64,000 nt of DNA. Source: Candidatus Woesearchaeota archaeon. Its GTDB lineage: Archaea > Nanobdellota > Nanobdellia > Woesearchaeales > GW2011-AR15. Positions 47,369 to 57,932 of the stretch are shown here, piece by piece (within the stretch, counting starts at the first letter, position 1; each line of letters starts with the position of its first letter). The stretch is taken from contig JAFGJW010000001.1 of NCBI GenBank assembly GCA_016928835.1, positions 86,306-150,305 on the forward strand, given 5' to 3'. Below the pieces are notes generated by a model that was given only the letters and a program-made list of their open reading frames with translations, did no database searches and was not told the origin of the DNA. Position numbers and translations under genes: made by a program.

Positions 47369-48175
47369 CTAATACCCTTCTAATTTCCTTTGCTTGCCTT
47401 TAGATGAAGATGGGCTTATAGCCATCCCATCTTTTGCAGCAATAGTGTGCACTCCAGTTTGTTTCTGTATCTCTCTTGCTTCGTATAATGGATCAGCCTT
47501 CAGCATTTTGATACCAAAGTGTGTGATAATTGCTAATTGTGGTTTTATCTTCTCAATAAGCTTCACAGCATCATCTGTGTTTAGATTATCTTTTGATTCG
47601 TTATTTGTTGGGTTTACAACATTCAGAATGAGAATATCAATATCTTTAAACTCGTTCACCAAATTTGAAAAATATTCTGTGTCAGAAGTGTATCCAATGC
47701 TAACTCTCGGAGTGTTAAACCTAAAACCGACACCTTTTTTGTCAAGATGTTTTGTTTCAGTTGCTCTAATATCTATATTCTCTATTCCAGCTAACGTGCC
47801 CTTTTCAAGGGTTATGTACTTTTCAACGCAGTGCCTGTAAAAATCCTTGAGAAAAGGCTCATCATTTTCACTTCCAAACAAAACGCTCTTGCTTGCGCAT
47901 AAAACTCCTTTTTTATCAAGGCCGTTATGGGTCATGGCACTTATCACAGCATTGACATCATTAGCATGTATAATGTGGTTGTGGGAAACAAATACTGCTG
48001 TATTTTCCCGTAGATTTATCCCCTGCATCTTGGCCATTACCAGGGCACCAGGGCCCGGGTCAATGTGAAATTGCTTGCTTTCCAGATTAAATATTATGCC
48101 TCCAGAAGCCCTGTATTGTTTTCCGCAGACAATAGAGTCTCCAGCAGTGCCAAGAAAAACAATGCTATCCCCCAT
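47369..48175 (-). CDS. MBL-fold metallo-hydrolase (RNase Z-like superfamily)
   Basis: FLGTAG, IDPGPG, SHNHIIH (variant of HxHxDH), YTSDT, ITHFG. Start set to ATG 48175. Confidence 0.85.
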   Translation of the reverse strand: MGDSIVFLGTAGDSIVCGKQYRASGGIIFNLESKQFHIDPGPGALVMAKMQGINLRENTAVFVSHNHIIHANDVNAVISAMTHNGLDKKGVLCASKSVLFGSENDEPFLKDFYRHCVEKYITLEKGTLAGIENIDIRATETKHLDKKGVGFRFNTPRVSIGYTSDTEYFSNLVNEFKDIDILILNVVNPTNNESKDNLNTDDAVKLIEKIKPQLAIITHFGIKMLKADPLYEAREIQKQTGVHTIAAKDGMAISPSSSKGKQRKLEGY

Positions 48176-48229
48176 ACAACTAATAAATGATAACAAATAT
48201 AAAAATCTTTTGACGAAAAATATAGATTA

Positions 48230-49990
48230 TTAGTCTCTGGCTGATTTCTCGCTATCCCAAATATGCTTTTGGTTATCTTCTCTCTTTACAAGAAATTTGT
48301 CAATAACAAGGTAATCTATCCCTGTGCCCATCATGCACCTGTAAGCATCATAAGGCGTGCATACAATCGGCTCTCCTCTGATATTGAATGAGGTATTGAT
48401 CAATATTGGTATCTTGCCTAATTTGCCAAACTCTTTTATTAAATCATAATACAAAGGATTCTGGCTTCTTCTTATTGTTTGGAGTCTTCCTGAACCGTCT
48501 ATATGCGTTACAGATGGAATTTTCTTATGCCACTTTTTTTTGACGGGATATACCATAAGCATAAAGTCTGTTGGTGCAGGTACTGGTTTGTCACATTCAA
48601 AATATTCTAGAGCGTCATCTTCGCATACCACTGGGGCAAAAGGACGGAACTTTTCCCTGTGCTTTACTTTCAGGTTGAGCAGATCCTGGGCCTCAGGGTT
48701 GCATGGATTGGCAAGTATGCTCCTTGAGCCAAGTGCCCTTGGTCCCCATTCCATCCTCCCTTGGAACCAGCCAATAACATTGTTTTGAAGAATTAGTTTT
48801 GCGGTTTTCTGAATTAACTCCTGCCTGTTTTTGAATATATTATATTTAATTTTGTTGTTTTCTAGAAACCTCTTAATCTCTGTTTTAGAATAAGAAGGTC
48901 CTAGAAAGGCATTATCCTGGATGTATGTTCTCTTATTCCTAAGGAGCGTGTAGTAAATGTAAGACACAACACCAATGCTTGTACCAGCATCTCCTGCAGC
49001 TGGTTGTATCCAGACATTTTTAAATGCAGTTTGCTGCAGAATCTTGCCGTTTGCAACACTGTTTAATCCGCACCCTCCTGCTATTGTAATATTCTCACAT
49101 TCTGTTTCTTTATGCACATAATTCAGCATTTTTGTAAACACTTCTTCATAGATTAGTTGAAGAGCAGCAGCAATATCCTTGTGTCTTTGTGTTAGTTTTT
49201 CAGAATACTGCCTTACACCCCCGCCAAGTAATTTACATAATTTCCTAGAAGGCATTCTGTCTGCGTATTGATATACAAAATAACTCATATCCAAATAATA
49301 ACTCCCGTCGTCTTTTATGTCAATTACTTTTTTCAATCTCCTATAATAAGTGTTGGTTCTTGAGTTCTTATTGCCATAGGCCGAGAGCCCCATGACCTTA
49401 TACTCTGAGTTGTTAACCTTAAAGCCGAGATAGGCAGTTATCGCAGAGTAAAGCAAGCCAAGAGAATGAGGAAACCTGATTTCTTTCATTAAATTTATTT
49501 CATTTGCATCCCCGGCACCATATGATGTGGTGGTCCATTCTCCAACACCATCTACTGTTAATATTGCCGCTTTTTTAAAAGGGCTAACCAAAAAACAGCT
49601 TGCGGCGTGAGCAAGATGATGCTGAATAAAAAGTACATCCCCTTTATATTTCAATTCCTTTTTAATCTTTTTAGTGACTCTTAGCTTATCATTCACCCAT
49701 GAAGGCATTGAACTCAGAAATGTCTTAAGACTATGTGGAAAAAACTGCAGGTGCTGAGACAGCACTCTCTCGAATTTCAGAAGGGGTTTCTCATAGAAAC
49801 CAATATAACTTAGCTTGTTGGCAGAAATGCCCTGGCTTTGCAGACAATATTTGATTGCATTTACAGGAAAAGAAGTATCATGTTTTTTTCTAGTGAAACG
49901 TTCTTCTTCTGCAGCTGCCACAATTTTTCCGTCTTTCAACAATGCAGCTGAGGAATCATGATAGTAACAGCTTATTCCTAAAATGTACAT
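48230..49990 (-). CDS. O-carbamoyltransferase (NodU/CmcH/TobZ/SxtI family)
   Basis: YHDSSAAL, EERFTRKKH, HHLAHAAS, DGVGE, EYKVMGL, GPRALGSRSIL, KHREKFRPFAP, NTSFN. Confidence 0.96.
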   Translation of the reverse strand: MYILGISCYYHDSSAALLKDGKIVAAAEEERFTRKKHDTSFPVNAIKYCLQSQGISANKLSYIGFYEKPLLKFERVLSQHLQFFPHSLKTFLSSMPSWVNDKLRVTKKIKKELKYKGDVLFIQHHLAHAASCFLVSPFKKAAILTVDGVGEWTTTSYGAGDANEINLMKEIRFPHSLGLLYSAITAYLGFKVNNSEYKVMGLSAYGNKNSRTNTYYRRLKKVIDIKDDGSYYLDMSYFVYQYADRMPSRKLCKLLGGGVRQYSEKLTQRHKDIAAALQLIYEEVFTKMLNYVHKETECENITIAGGCGLNSVANGKILQQTAFKNVWIQPAAGDAGTSIGVVSYIYYTLLRNKRTYIQDNAFLGPSYSKTEIKRFLENNKIKYNIFKNRQELIQKTAKLILQNNVIGWFQGRMEWGPRALGSRSILANPCNPEAQDLLNLKVKHREKFRPFAPVVCEDDALEYFECDKPVPAPTDFMLMVYPVKKKWHKKIPSVTHIDGSGRLQTIRRSQNPLYYDLIKEFGKLGKIPILINTSFNIRGEPIVCTPYDAYRCMMGTGIDYLVIDKFLVKREDNQKHIWDSEKSARD

Positions 49991-50001
49991 ATTTTATCAC
50001 A

Positions 50002-50247
50002 TTAAAATTGCCTGTAATATTCTTCAATAGGCTTTTGTGTCAAATTCAACCCTGACCAATAGGTGTCCCTGCTCTTTTTTTCTTGGTAATCAAGAAACCT
50101 TTTATTTGATAGTTTGGCAATTACTGATACAATCCCTACACCAATTAAATAAACAATAAAAAGCAAGAGTGAATTAACAATAATACTAATGTTCTCTCCG
50201 AAAGCCTTGCTGCCTTTCTTAAAACCTTTAGTAAATTGTGTTATCAT
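50002..50247 (-). CDS. SxtJ-like membrane protein (C-terminal half)
   Basis: GENISIIVNSLLLFIVYLIG...RFLD...TYW...YYRQF; AGGTG SD; ATG overlaps the upstream stop. Confidence 0.7.
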   Translation of the reverse strand: MITQFTKGFKKGSKAFGENISIIVNSLLLFIVYLIGVGIVSVIAKLSNKRFLDYQEKKSRDTYWSGLNLTQKPIEEYYRQF

Positions 50248-50447
50248 CCTAACACCTTTTTGAGACCTGTGCCAATAACTACAATGCCGCATGAAATTCC
50301 TGGCACAAGATATTTGCTAATGCTTGGATTAATTCTATGTGTTAGAATTAAAATAAAATATAGTATAATAGTAAAAACAAGGAAACTGGTAATATATCCT
50401 GTGATGCAACCAATTGCCTCAGTACAATCTCCCTTCATCTTGTCCAA
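50244..50447 (-). CDS. Small two-TM membrane protein (possible N-terminal half of a split SxtJ)
   Basis: Two hydrophobic helices; translationally coupled (ATGA overlap) to the SxtJ-like ORF. Confidence 0.5.
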   Translation of the reverse strand: MDKMKGDCTEAIGCITGYITSFLVFTIILYFILILTHRINPSISKYLVPGISCGIVVIGTGLKKVLG

Positions 50448-50489
50448 TCTATAAAAAAAACTTTTGTTTATTAAACTATGGGTACAGCC

Positions 50490-50651
50490 TCAGAAGAGCG
50501 CATAAATAAATGGGCTTACCGAAGAACTTGAGCCCACGATAATTAATATTCCTACAAGGACAAGCATGATAATGATTGGTGTAAGCCACCATACTTTCCT
50601 TATTTTTAAAAATTCCCAGAGTTCCAATAATAATGATCTGTTTTTTGCCAT
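50490..50651 (-). CDS. SxtK/DUF5989 family small membrane protein (53 aa; absent from the ORF track)
   Basis: Manual translation MAKNRSLLLELWEFLKIRKVWWLTPIIIMLVLVGILIIVGSSSSVSPFIYALF carries the family pattern LW.FL..RK.WWL.P...PFIY.LF. Confidence 0.88.
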   Translation of the reverse strand: MAKNRSLLLELWEFLKIRKVWWLTPIIIMLVLVGILIIVGSSSSVSPFIYALF

Positions 50652-50750
50652 TTATTGATTGATTTTTTAGATAATATTTATTCTTTTTTATTTTTTTCTG
50701 TTGCATTAAAAAACAAAGCTTTTTAAATTATTTGAGTTTCCCTACACTTT

Positions 50751-51026
50751 ATGGAGATAACCATTCTCGAAGACAAAAAGAACCGCCTAGTATTTGAAAT
50801 AAAAGACGAGAACCATACCCTATGCAATCTTTTAAGAGAGGAGTTATGGAATGATAAATCTGTTAAGGTCTCTGCTTATAATATAAGTCATCCGCTTGTT
50901 ATGATCCCAAAATTTATTATTGAAACAGACAGTAAAAAAAATCCTAAGGCTGCATTAAAAGCTGCTATTAAGAGAATAAAAGACAAAAATGCGGACCTTA
51001 AAAAACAGGCTAAGAAACTTAAATAA
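50751..51026 (+). CDS. rpoL: DNA-directed RNA polymerase subunit Rpo11 (L)
   Basis: ENHTLCNLLREEL, AYNISHPL. Confidence 0.95.
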   Translation: MEITILEDKKNRLVFEIKDENHTLCNLLREELWNDKSVKVSAYNISHPLVMIPKFIIETDSKKNPKAALKAAIKRIKDKNADLKKQAKKLK

Positions 51027-51027
51027 A

Positions 51028-51618
51028 ATGCTCTCACTTAACGAGGGAAAACTTCTTGTTGAACTTGCCAGGCACTCTATTAAAACATATTTTTCTGGAA
51101 AAAACCTTAATTTGGAAAATGTAAGAGAATTTTCCAATAAGCAAGGAGTTTTTGTTACTTTACACAAGTATGGAAATCTGAGAGGTTGTATCGGTTACCC
51201 AGAACCTGCTCTGCAATTGTATAAGGCAATTGTGCAAGCAGCAAGAGCAGCTGCATTCCAGGACCCAAGATTTGCACCTCTGCAAGAAAATGAGTTGGAC
51301 GAAGTTGATGTTGAAATCAGTGTATTAACAGTACCTAAGCTAATTGAAGTGAAGGAACCAAAAGAGTATTTGGATAAAATAAAGATTGGTGAAGATGGCT
51401 TGATAATCAGAGCTGGCTTTGCATCTGGACTCCTTTTGCCACAAGTTTTTCCACAATATGATGCAACTCCAAAACAAGCACTTGAAATGACATGCCAGAA
51501 AGCAGGATTAGGCAGAGATGCTTGGAAAGATTTAGACAATAAAATTTACACGTTTCAGGCACAGATATTTGCAGAAGAAGAGCCGAACGGGAATATTGTT
51601 GAAGGGAAGAGTGATTAA
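51028..51618 (+). CDS. AMMECR1 domain protein
   Basis: GVFVTL, LRGCIG, DPRF, EISVLT, GLLLPQV, CQKAG. Confidence 0.95.
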   Translation: MLSLNEGKLLVELARHSIKTYFSGKNLNLENVREFSNKQGVFVTLHKYGNLRGCIGYPEPALQLYKAIVQAARAAAFQDPRFAPLQENELDEVDVEISVLTVPKLIEVKEPKEYLDKIKIGEDGLIIRAGFASGLLLPQVFPQYDATPKQALEMTCQKAGLGRDAWKDLDNKIYTFQAQIFAEEEPNGNIVEGKSD

Positions 51619-51651
51619 CCTTAATAACTACCTTCCATTTCTTAAATTAAA

Positions 51652-52269
51652 ATGAACAAAATACTTTCCAACTTAGAAAAAAATAACTTCAGCGTTTTCT
51701 TTACACAAACAAAACAAGAAGCAGTTGAAAAAGCACTTTCTCTAATTCCTCTTAATTCAACAATTGGCTTTGGCGGCTCTATGAGTGTTGAGCAGATTGG
51801 TTTGAAAGAAGCATTGGTCAAAGGAGAAAAACAAGGAAAATACAAATTATATGATCAATACAAACCAGGGATCAGCAGAGAAAAAAATCTGGCAATAAGA
51901 TACAAAGGAATGCAGGCTGATGTTTTCATTACAGGAACAAATGCAATTACAGAAAAAGGCGAACTGGTTAATATCGATGGTTTTGGCAACAGGGTTGCTG
52001 CACAGATATGCGGGCCAAAAAAAGTAGTAATTATCGCTGGAAAAAATAAGGTTGTTAAGAATTATGAACAAGCTATTAAAAGAATAAAGAGAATTGCAGC
52101 GCCATTAAATGCCAAAAGATTAAATAAAAAAACACCATGTGTTAGAACTGGAAGGTGTATGAGCTGCGATAGTGTGGATAGAATCTGTAACTATACAACG
52201 ATTATCCACAAATCAAGACCAGAAGACAGGATTAGTGTAATTATTGTCAACCAAGATTTAGGTCTTTAA
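51652..52269 (+). CDS. LUD-domain (lactate utilisation-like) protein with C-terminal Cys cluster
   Basis: GGSMS, NAITEKGELVNIDGFGNRVA, GPKKV, PC...C..C......IC. Confidence 0.85.
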   Translation: MNKILSNLEKNNFSVFFTQTKQEAVEKALSLIPLNSTIGFGGSMSVEQIGLKEALVKGEKQGKYKLYDQYKPGISREKNLAIRYKGMQADVFITGTNAITEKGELVNIDGFGNRVAAQICGPKKVVIIAGKNKVVKNYEQAIKRIKRIAAPLNAKRLNKKTPCVRTGRCMSCDSVDRICNYTTIIHKSRPEDRISVIIVNQDLGL

Positions 52270-53541
52270 CAATCTATAAAATAAGAAACCAAATAGTGTC
52301 ATAATTACCCCGGAAATAATAACAATGAGTTCTAAATTAAAAATCATCAATAGGGTAGTGGCAAAACCTACTAATGCAAGCAATGGGAACTTCCCAATAT
52401 TAAAAGGCTCGCGAAACATTTCATGCCGGTGTTTAATATAACGCGATTTAATCAACGCTAGATTTATTAGTGTAAACACAATAAACACAGAAAAATTGGT
52501 TATTTCTGCAACAACTTCAATATTCCCTACTAGAACAAAAGCTATTGTCGCAAGAGCAGAAACCATTATTGCTAAGTGGGGCGTACTTGTCCTCTTATTA
52601 ATCTTTGAAAGGAAGTTTAGTTTAGAATAGTCGTGGCTCATACTGTAGAGCATTCTTGACATCGCGATTAATAACATTAAAACTGTGTTAGCTGTAGACA
52701 CTATGGCAATCACACTTACTATGTACCAGGCATATTCTCCAATTGCAGACTGAGCTACTTCTGCAAGAGGTGCTCTTGATGTGGCAAGACTGGACCAGCT
52801 AAGAGTACTTATTGAAGATATGCCAACAAGGATATAAATCAAAGAGCTGATTCCAAGAGAGAGCAATAGTGCTATGGGTATATTTTTTCGAGGATTTTTT
52901 GTTTCTTCAGAAAGTTTAACTACGCTCTCAAAGCCAATAAATGCAAAAAATATCAGCGAGCTTGCTTTCAAAACACCAACAAAACTCGGTATGTCAAAAT
53001 AATCAATCTTCCCTAATTTTGGTACTGAAGAGACTATTATGATAATTAGCCCAAGCAGACTTAGTATTGTACATATGATATTAATTTTTATTGACTGCCT
53101 TATACCAATGAAATTTATTAAAGAGAATAAAATTATGGAGACAATCGCAATAGGCACGATTGAGCTCAAACCAAAAAACGCATTTAAATAACCAGAGAAA
53201 CCAAGGGCAACTGCAGCAGCCCCAATAATCAGAGACAAAATAACTAAGTACCCTACAACAAATGCTACCTTTTTCCCATAGGTATGCTCAACATAGCTGT
53301 ACTCTCCAGAGTCTTCGGAATATATGGAAGAAAGCTCAGCATAGCTTAATCCTGTAAGATAAGCAACAAAAGCAGATATTAGAAAAGAAATCCATAAACC
53401 ATTTCCAGCATGACCGGCAGCAGCCCCAATTAACACATAAATGCCTGCACCAACTATTATGCCAACACCAGCAATTGTAGCATCAAATAACCCCAAGTCA
53501 CGTCTTAAAGTGATTCCCTCTCTTTTATGTTTTCTCAGCAT
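52258..53541 (-). CDS. APC-family amino acid permease
   Basis: GIIVGAGIY, SYAELSS, FFAFIGFE, EETKNPRKNIP; about 12 TM segments. Confidence 0.93.
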   Translation of the reverse strand: MLRKHKREGITLRRDLGLFDATIAGVGIIVGAGIYVLIGAAAGHAGNGLWISFLISAFVAYLTGLSYAELSSIYSEDSGEYSYVEHTYGKKVAFVVGYLVILSLIIGAAAVALGFSGYLNAFFGLSSIVPIAIVSIILFSLINFIGIRQSIKINIICTILSLLGLIIIIVSSVPKLGKIDYFDIPSFVGVLKASSLIFFAFIGFESVVKLSEETKNPRKNIPIALLLSLGISSLIYILVGISSISTLSWSSLATSRAPLAEVAQSAIGEYAWYIVSVIAIVSTANTVLMLLIAMSRMLYSMSHDYSKLNFLSKINKRTSTPHLAIMVSALATIAFVLVGNIEVVAEITNFSVFIVFTLINLALIKSRYIKHRHEMFREPFNIGKFPLLALVGFATTLLMIFNLELIVIISGVIMTLFGFLFYRLLKT

Positions 53542-53606
53542 TACTAATTCAAGAATATATGAGGTTTATAATGTTTTTGATTATTGATACAAATAATATT
53601 TCGTTG

Positions 53607-53969
53607 CTATCTCCGGCGCAGTTGTTCAGCTTTCTTCCTTAGTTGTTCGAAATAAGGGTTGTTTGTAATCTCTGAGACTTGGGCTGCTACTCTCTTCTCA
53701 TCTATTTCTATTTTCAATTCATCTGCACTAAGCTTTTCGATCAACATCAATAAAGCTTTTACATCTCTTTCCACTTGCTGTGTCCATAGTATGTTGAATT
53801 TTGCTTCGAATTCCTTATTTCTCTGTCCTGCTCTTCGATAAGTAATAAGTTCTCCTAGGATTTTCTTTGCTTCTGTAATGTGGGGCGTCTCTAACTCGCT
53901 TAGCACTTGTAGGATATTGTTCATGTCCTCAATTAAGATTTTTTCCCATTTTATCTCCCCATGAGCCAT
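53607..53969 (-). CDS. Hypothetical helical protein (orphan)
   Basis: Open frame from ATG 53969 (MAHGEIKWEK...) with a TATA-like sequence upstream; no family recognised. Confidence 0.55.
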   Translation of the reverse strand: MAHGEIKWEKILIEDMNNILQVLSELETPHITEAKKILGELITYRRAGQRNKEFEAKFNILWTQQVERDVKALLMLIEKLSADELKIEIDEKRVAAQVSEITNNPYFEQLRKKAEQLRRR

Positions 53970-54063
53970 TTTATCTTTTTTAGTATATTCAATATATAAA
54001 ACTATTGTAAGATTCATCACAAGATTTAAATACACTCCTTAAATCACTCTGATTGGGGGTTTA

Positions 54064-55092
54064 ATGACAGGAATTATTGGTTGGGGCGCTTACATTCCTC
54101 ATTATAGAATTAAGGCAGAGGAGATTGCCAAAGCACAAGGTCAGGACGCAGATACAATTAAATCAGGCTTAAGAATAGAGGAAAAATCAGTGCCTGGAAT
54201 TGATGAAGATTCGGCGACTATTGCAGTTGAGGCTGCAAAGAATGCACTCAAACGAGCGAACATACTTCCAACAGAGATAGGTGCTATCTATCTCGGCTCA
54301 GAGAGCCATCCTTATGCTGTCAAGCCGACAGGCACAATTGTTGCTCAGGCAATAGGCATGTCAAACAATTACACTACAGCAGACTTGGAATTTGCATGCA
54401 AAGCAGGAACAGCAGCACTGCAGATAATATATGCAATGGTCAAATCAGATATGATAAGATATGGCCTTGCGGGAGGCATTGATACTGCGCAGGCAGCACC
54501 TGGCGATCCTTTGGAATATACTGCAGCAGCAGGCGGAGCTGTTTTTATTCTTGGCAGAGAAAATATTGTAGCAGAAATTAAGGACACAGTTTCATTTACC
54601 TCTGACACACCTGATTTTTGGAGAAGAGCTTATCAGAAATACCCTTCGCATGGTGGTGCATTCACTGGAGAGCCGGCTTATTTTAAACACATAATAAATG
54701 CAACAGAACTCTTATTGAAAAAGGTCAATAAAAAACCAACTGATTACACTTATGCAATATTTCACCAGCCAAACGGCAAGTTTCCTGTAAGAGTTGCAAA
54801 GAAACTTGGGTTTAACAATGAGCAGATATTGCCGGGCCTGCTTGTCCCAAAGATTGGCAATACCTATTCAGGAAGCTCAATTCTTGGGTTGGCGGCAGTG
54901 CTTGATATTGCCAAACCAGGCGACACCATTCTTGTCACTTCATATGGGAGCGGAGCAGGTTCTGACAGCTTTGATATTGAAGTCACTGATCAGATATTGA
55001 GAATAAGGAATAAATCACAATCAGTACAGGATTATATTGATAATATAAAATATATTGACTACGCAACATACCTGAAATACACAAAAAAATAA
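54064..55092 (+). CDS. Hydroxymethylglutaryl-CoA synthase (archaeal type)
   Basis: [45 protein letters not shown]. Confidence 0.96.
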   Translation: MTGIIGWGAYIPHYRIKAEEIAKAQGQDADTIKSGLRIEEKSVPGIDEDSATIAVEAAKNALKRANILPTEIGAIYLGSESHPYAVKPTGTIVAQAIGMSNNYTTADLEFACKAGTAALQIIYAMVKSDMIRYGLAGGIDTAQAAPGDPLEYTAAAGGAVFILGRENIVAEIKDTVSFTSDTPDFWRRAYQKYPSHGGAFTGEPAYFKHIINATELLLKKVNKKPTDYTYAIFHQPNGKFPVRVAKKLGFNNEQILPGLLVPKIGNTYSGSSILGLAAVLDIAKPGDTILVTSYGSGAGSDSFDIEVTDQILRIRNKSQSVQDYIDNIKYIDYATYLKYTKK

Positions 55093-55093
55093 A

Positions 55094-56248
55094 ATGAGAG
55101 ATGTGGCAATTATCGGGGTTGGCCAGACAAAGTTTGGACAATTATGGGACAAGAGCTTGACAAATTTAGCAGTAGAGGCAGGAGTAAAGGCATGTTTGGA
55201 TGCTAATATTGACCAGAAAGATGTAGAGGTCATTTATGGCGGCACTATGTCAGGCGGTCTTTTTGTTAATCAGGAGCATATTGCCTCTTTGCTGTCAGAT
55301 TTTTCCGGTTTTAAGAATATTCCAAGCATAAGAGTAGAGGCTGCTTGCGCTTCAGGCGGCCTTGCACTGAGGCAGGCTTATATAGACATTGCCAGCGGAC
55401 TGCATGATATTGCAGTTGTCGGTGGTGTTGAGAAGATGACAGACATTGGAGGTCATTCTGTGACAAAAGCCCTGGCAACTGCAGCATCTCAGGAGTGGGA
55501 AGCATTTTTCGGAGCAACTTTTCCAGGATTGTATGCAATGATTGCAAAGCTACATATGCATAAATATAAAACAACAGAGGAGCAGCTGGCAATGTGCGCT
55601 GTTAAAAACCATAAGAATGCGCTGAATAATCCTTTTGCGCAGTTTCATAAGAAAATTCAGGTTGAGGATGTCTTGAATTCAACAATGGTTGCAGATCCAT
55701 TAAAATTGTTTGATTGCTCGCCTGTTTCAGATGGGGCTGCAGCTGTTGTGCTGGCCAGTAAGCAAAAAGCAAAGGAGTTGTGCGATGCCCCTGTGTGGAT
55801 TTCCGGATCAGGTCATGCCACAGATGCTTTGTCTTTGCATGACAGAGAAGATATTACCACCTTGAAAGCAACCGTAGAAGCTGCAAAACAAGCTTATGTC
55901 CAGGCAAAAATTGGACCAAAAGACATTGGTTGTGTGGAAGTACATGACTGCTTTACAATAGCTGAGATATGTGCTATTGAAGACCTTGGTTTCTGTAAAA
56001 AAGGAGAGGGGGGCAGGTTTACTGAGCAGGGTAATACAGAGATAGGCGGAAGGATTCCAGTAAATACTTCTGGCGGGCTTAAAGCAAAGGGCCATCCTGT
56101 AGGTGCTACTGGAGTTGCACAGACAATCGAGGCAGTACTGCAATTAAGAGGGGAAGCTAATGGTAGAAATACTAATGCTGAGATTGCCATGATGCACAAT
56201 ATCGGCGGATCAGGAGGAACTGCAGTGGTACATATATTCCGGAGATAG
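55094..56248 (+). CDS. Acetoacetyl-CoA thiolase (archaeal SCP2-like type)
   Basis: [27 protein letters not shown]. Confidence 0.95.
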   Translation: MRDVAIIGVGQTKFGQLWDKSLTNLAVEAGVKACLDANIDQKDVEVIYGGTMSGGLFVNQEHIASLLSDFSGFKNIPSIRVEAACASGGLALRQAYIDIASGLHDIAVVGGVEKMTDIGGHSVTKALATAASQEWEAFFGATFPGLYAMIAKLHMHKYKTTEEQLAMCAVKNHKNALNNPFAQFHKKIQVEDVLNSTMVADPLKLFDCSPVSDGAAAVVLASKQKAKELCDAPVWISGSGHATDALSLHDREDITTLKATVEAAKQAYVQAKIGPKDIGCVEVHDCFTIAEICAIEDLGFCKKGEGGRFTEQGNTEIGGRIPVNTSGGLKAKGHPVGATGVAQTIEAVLQLRGEANGRNTNAEIAMMHNIGGSGGTAVVHIFRR

Positions 56249-56256
56249 CAAAGAAA

Positions 56257-56673
56257 ATGACAGTTTCAAAGTTTTGGCGCAATATACCACAGTATTATAA
56301 TCTAATTGGGAAGAAATGTCCTGAATGCAATAGCTACTATTTTCCTCCGAGAGATGTCTGCTCACAATGTGGCAATCACAAATTAGAGGAACACAAATTT
56401 GATGGCAGGGGAGAGATTGTAACTTTCACAATAATCCGGACTCCCCTTATGGATCCTGAGGGAGAGGTGATTGATATTCACGCACAGACCATCCCATATA
56501 TTCTGGCAATTGTTAAATTGGAAGAGGGCCCTAAACTGACGGCAGAGATTGTTGACTGTGAAATTGATGAAGTGAAAATCGGAAAAGAGGTTGGGGCTGT
56601 CTTTAGGAAAATAGTTGAAAAAGGTCCACACGGAGTTATTCAATATGGCTACAAATTCAAGCTTGTCAGATAA
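56257..56673 (+). CDS. DUF35 Zn-ribbon/OB-fold scaffold of the thiolase-HMGS complex
   Basis: CPEC...FPPR..CSQC, GEIVTFTII, YGYKF. Confidence 0.93.
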   Translation: MTVSKFWRNIPQYYNLIGKKCPECNSYYFPPRDVCSQCGNHKLEEHKFDGRGEIVTFTIIRTPLMDPEGEVIDIHAQTIPYILAIVKLEEGPKLTAEIVDCEIDEVKIGKEVGAVFRKIVEKGPHGVIQYGYKFKLVR

Positions 56674-57871
56674 AGAGATAATTGGTAAATTAGTTAATAA
56701 AGAAATTAAATTCTATGAGATTGATGATCTAGTTGGAGAGACAAGAGCTTCAAAGATAAGGTTGTGTGCAATTCAAAAAATATTAAATATCAATTTACCT
56801 ACTATTAGTTCTTATTCAATTTCTCCTGAAAACTGCAAATCAAATATTGAGAACATGATTGGTGCTGCGCAAGTGCCTATTGGAATAGCCGGCCCTATCA
56901 AAATAAATGGCGAGTTTGCAAAAGGAGAATTTTTCTTGCCTTTAGCAACGACAGAAGGAGCATTAGTTGCGTCTATTAACAGAGGTTGTTCTCTGATAAG
57001 TAAATCCGGTGGCGCGACTGCCTGTATCTTGAAATCAGCTCAGACTCGTTCATTGTTATTCAAAGCTAAGTCTGTAAAATATACAAAAAGATTTGTCTTG
57101 TGGGTTGAAAAAAATTATAATAAGCTTAAAGAGATTGCAGAGTCGACAAGCAATCATCTTGCTTTGATTAGAATCAAACCATATGTTGTAAGCACAAATA
57201 TTTGGCTGAGGCTGGAGGCAGATACTGGAGAAGCAATGGGTATGAATATGCTTACTATTGCTGGAAAAGAAGTTGGTGATTATATTGAAAAAGAAGTTGA
57301 TTTTATTGAATTTGTCTCTGAATCAGGGAATCTATGCGTTGATAAAAAACCAGCAGCAATTAATTTGTTTGAAGGAAGAGGCAAGTCAGTTCTTGCAGAA
57401 GTTTTGATAGAAAAGGATATTGTTGAAAAATATCTAAAGACTAGTCCTGAGAATATTGTTGATTTGAATTACAGAAAAAACTATCTTGGAAGCGCTCTTG
57501 CAGGCAGTCTTGGCTATAACGCTCATTTTGCAAATACTGTTGCTGCAATGTATCTTGCTGCTGGCCAGGACATGGCTCATGTTGTTGAAGGCTCTCTTGG
57601 TTTAACAACAGCAGAGATACAAGAGGACAAATTGTATTTTTCAATTACTCTCCCATGCTTGCAAGTTGGTGTAATCGGAGGCGGAACTAGAATAGAAACA
57701 CAGAAAGAATGCTTGAAAATATTAGGTGTTGATCAAGCTACAGAAAATGGCTCTAATTCAAAAAAACTGGCAGAAATAATTGCTGCGGCGGTTCTTGCTG
57801 GTGAGCTTTCATTACTTGGAGCGCAGGCAGCTGGGCACCTGGCAAAAGCGCATAAGAGACTTAACAGATAA
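56645..57871 (+). CDS. hmgA: HMG-CoA reductase (class I, NADPH)
   Basis: ENMIG, PLATTEGALVAS, AMGMNM, GNLCVDKK, GGGT, GELSL, AH. Confidence 0.96.
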   Translation: MATNSSLSDKEIIGKLVNKEIKFYEIDDLVGETRASKIRLCAIQKILNINLPTISSYSISPENCKSNIENMIGAAQVPIGIAGPIKINGEFAKGEFFLPLATTEGALVASINRGCSLISKSGGATACILKSAQTRSLLFKAKSVKYTKRFVLWVEKNYNKLKEIAESTSNHLALIRIKPYVVSTNIWLRLEADTGEAMGMNMLTIAGKEVGDYIEKEVDFIEFVSESGNLCVDKKPAAINLFEGRGKSVLAEVLIEKDIVEKYLKTSPENIVDLNYRKNYLGSALAGSLGYNAHFANTVAAMYLAAGQDMAHVVEGSLGLTTAEIQEDKLYFSITLPCLQVGVIGGGTRIETQKECLKILGVDQATENGSNSKKLAEIIAAAVLAGELSLLGAQAAGHLAKAHKRLNR

Positions 57872-57932
57872 CATTTCTTATTTTTAGAAAGATATATATA
57901 CTTTAAGACAAAGAAAAAAATTAGGTGATAAT

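Noticed and set aside
48230-50651. Saxitoxin biosynthesis
   Set aside because: Only SxtI/J/K-like genes are present; there is no sxtA, sxtG or other core gene, and this trio occurs outside toxin clusters.
46340-50700. Integrated island at the tRNA-Asn 3' end
   Set aside because: I found no integrase and no duplicated tRNA 3' segment (att repeat) by eye.
50476-50706. Track ORF of 76 aa (MQQKKIKKNK...)
   Set aside because: It is a shadow frame over the SxtK-like gene 50490..50651, which has a clear family signature.
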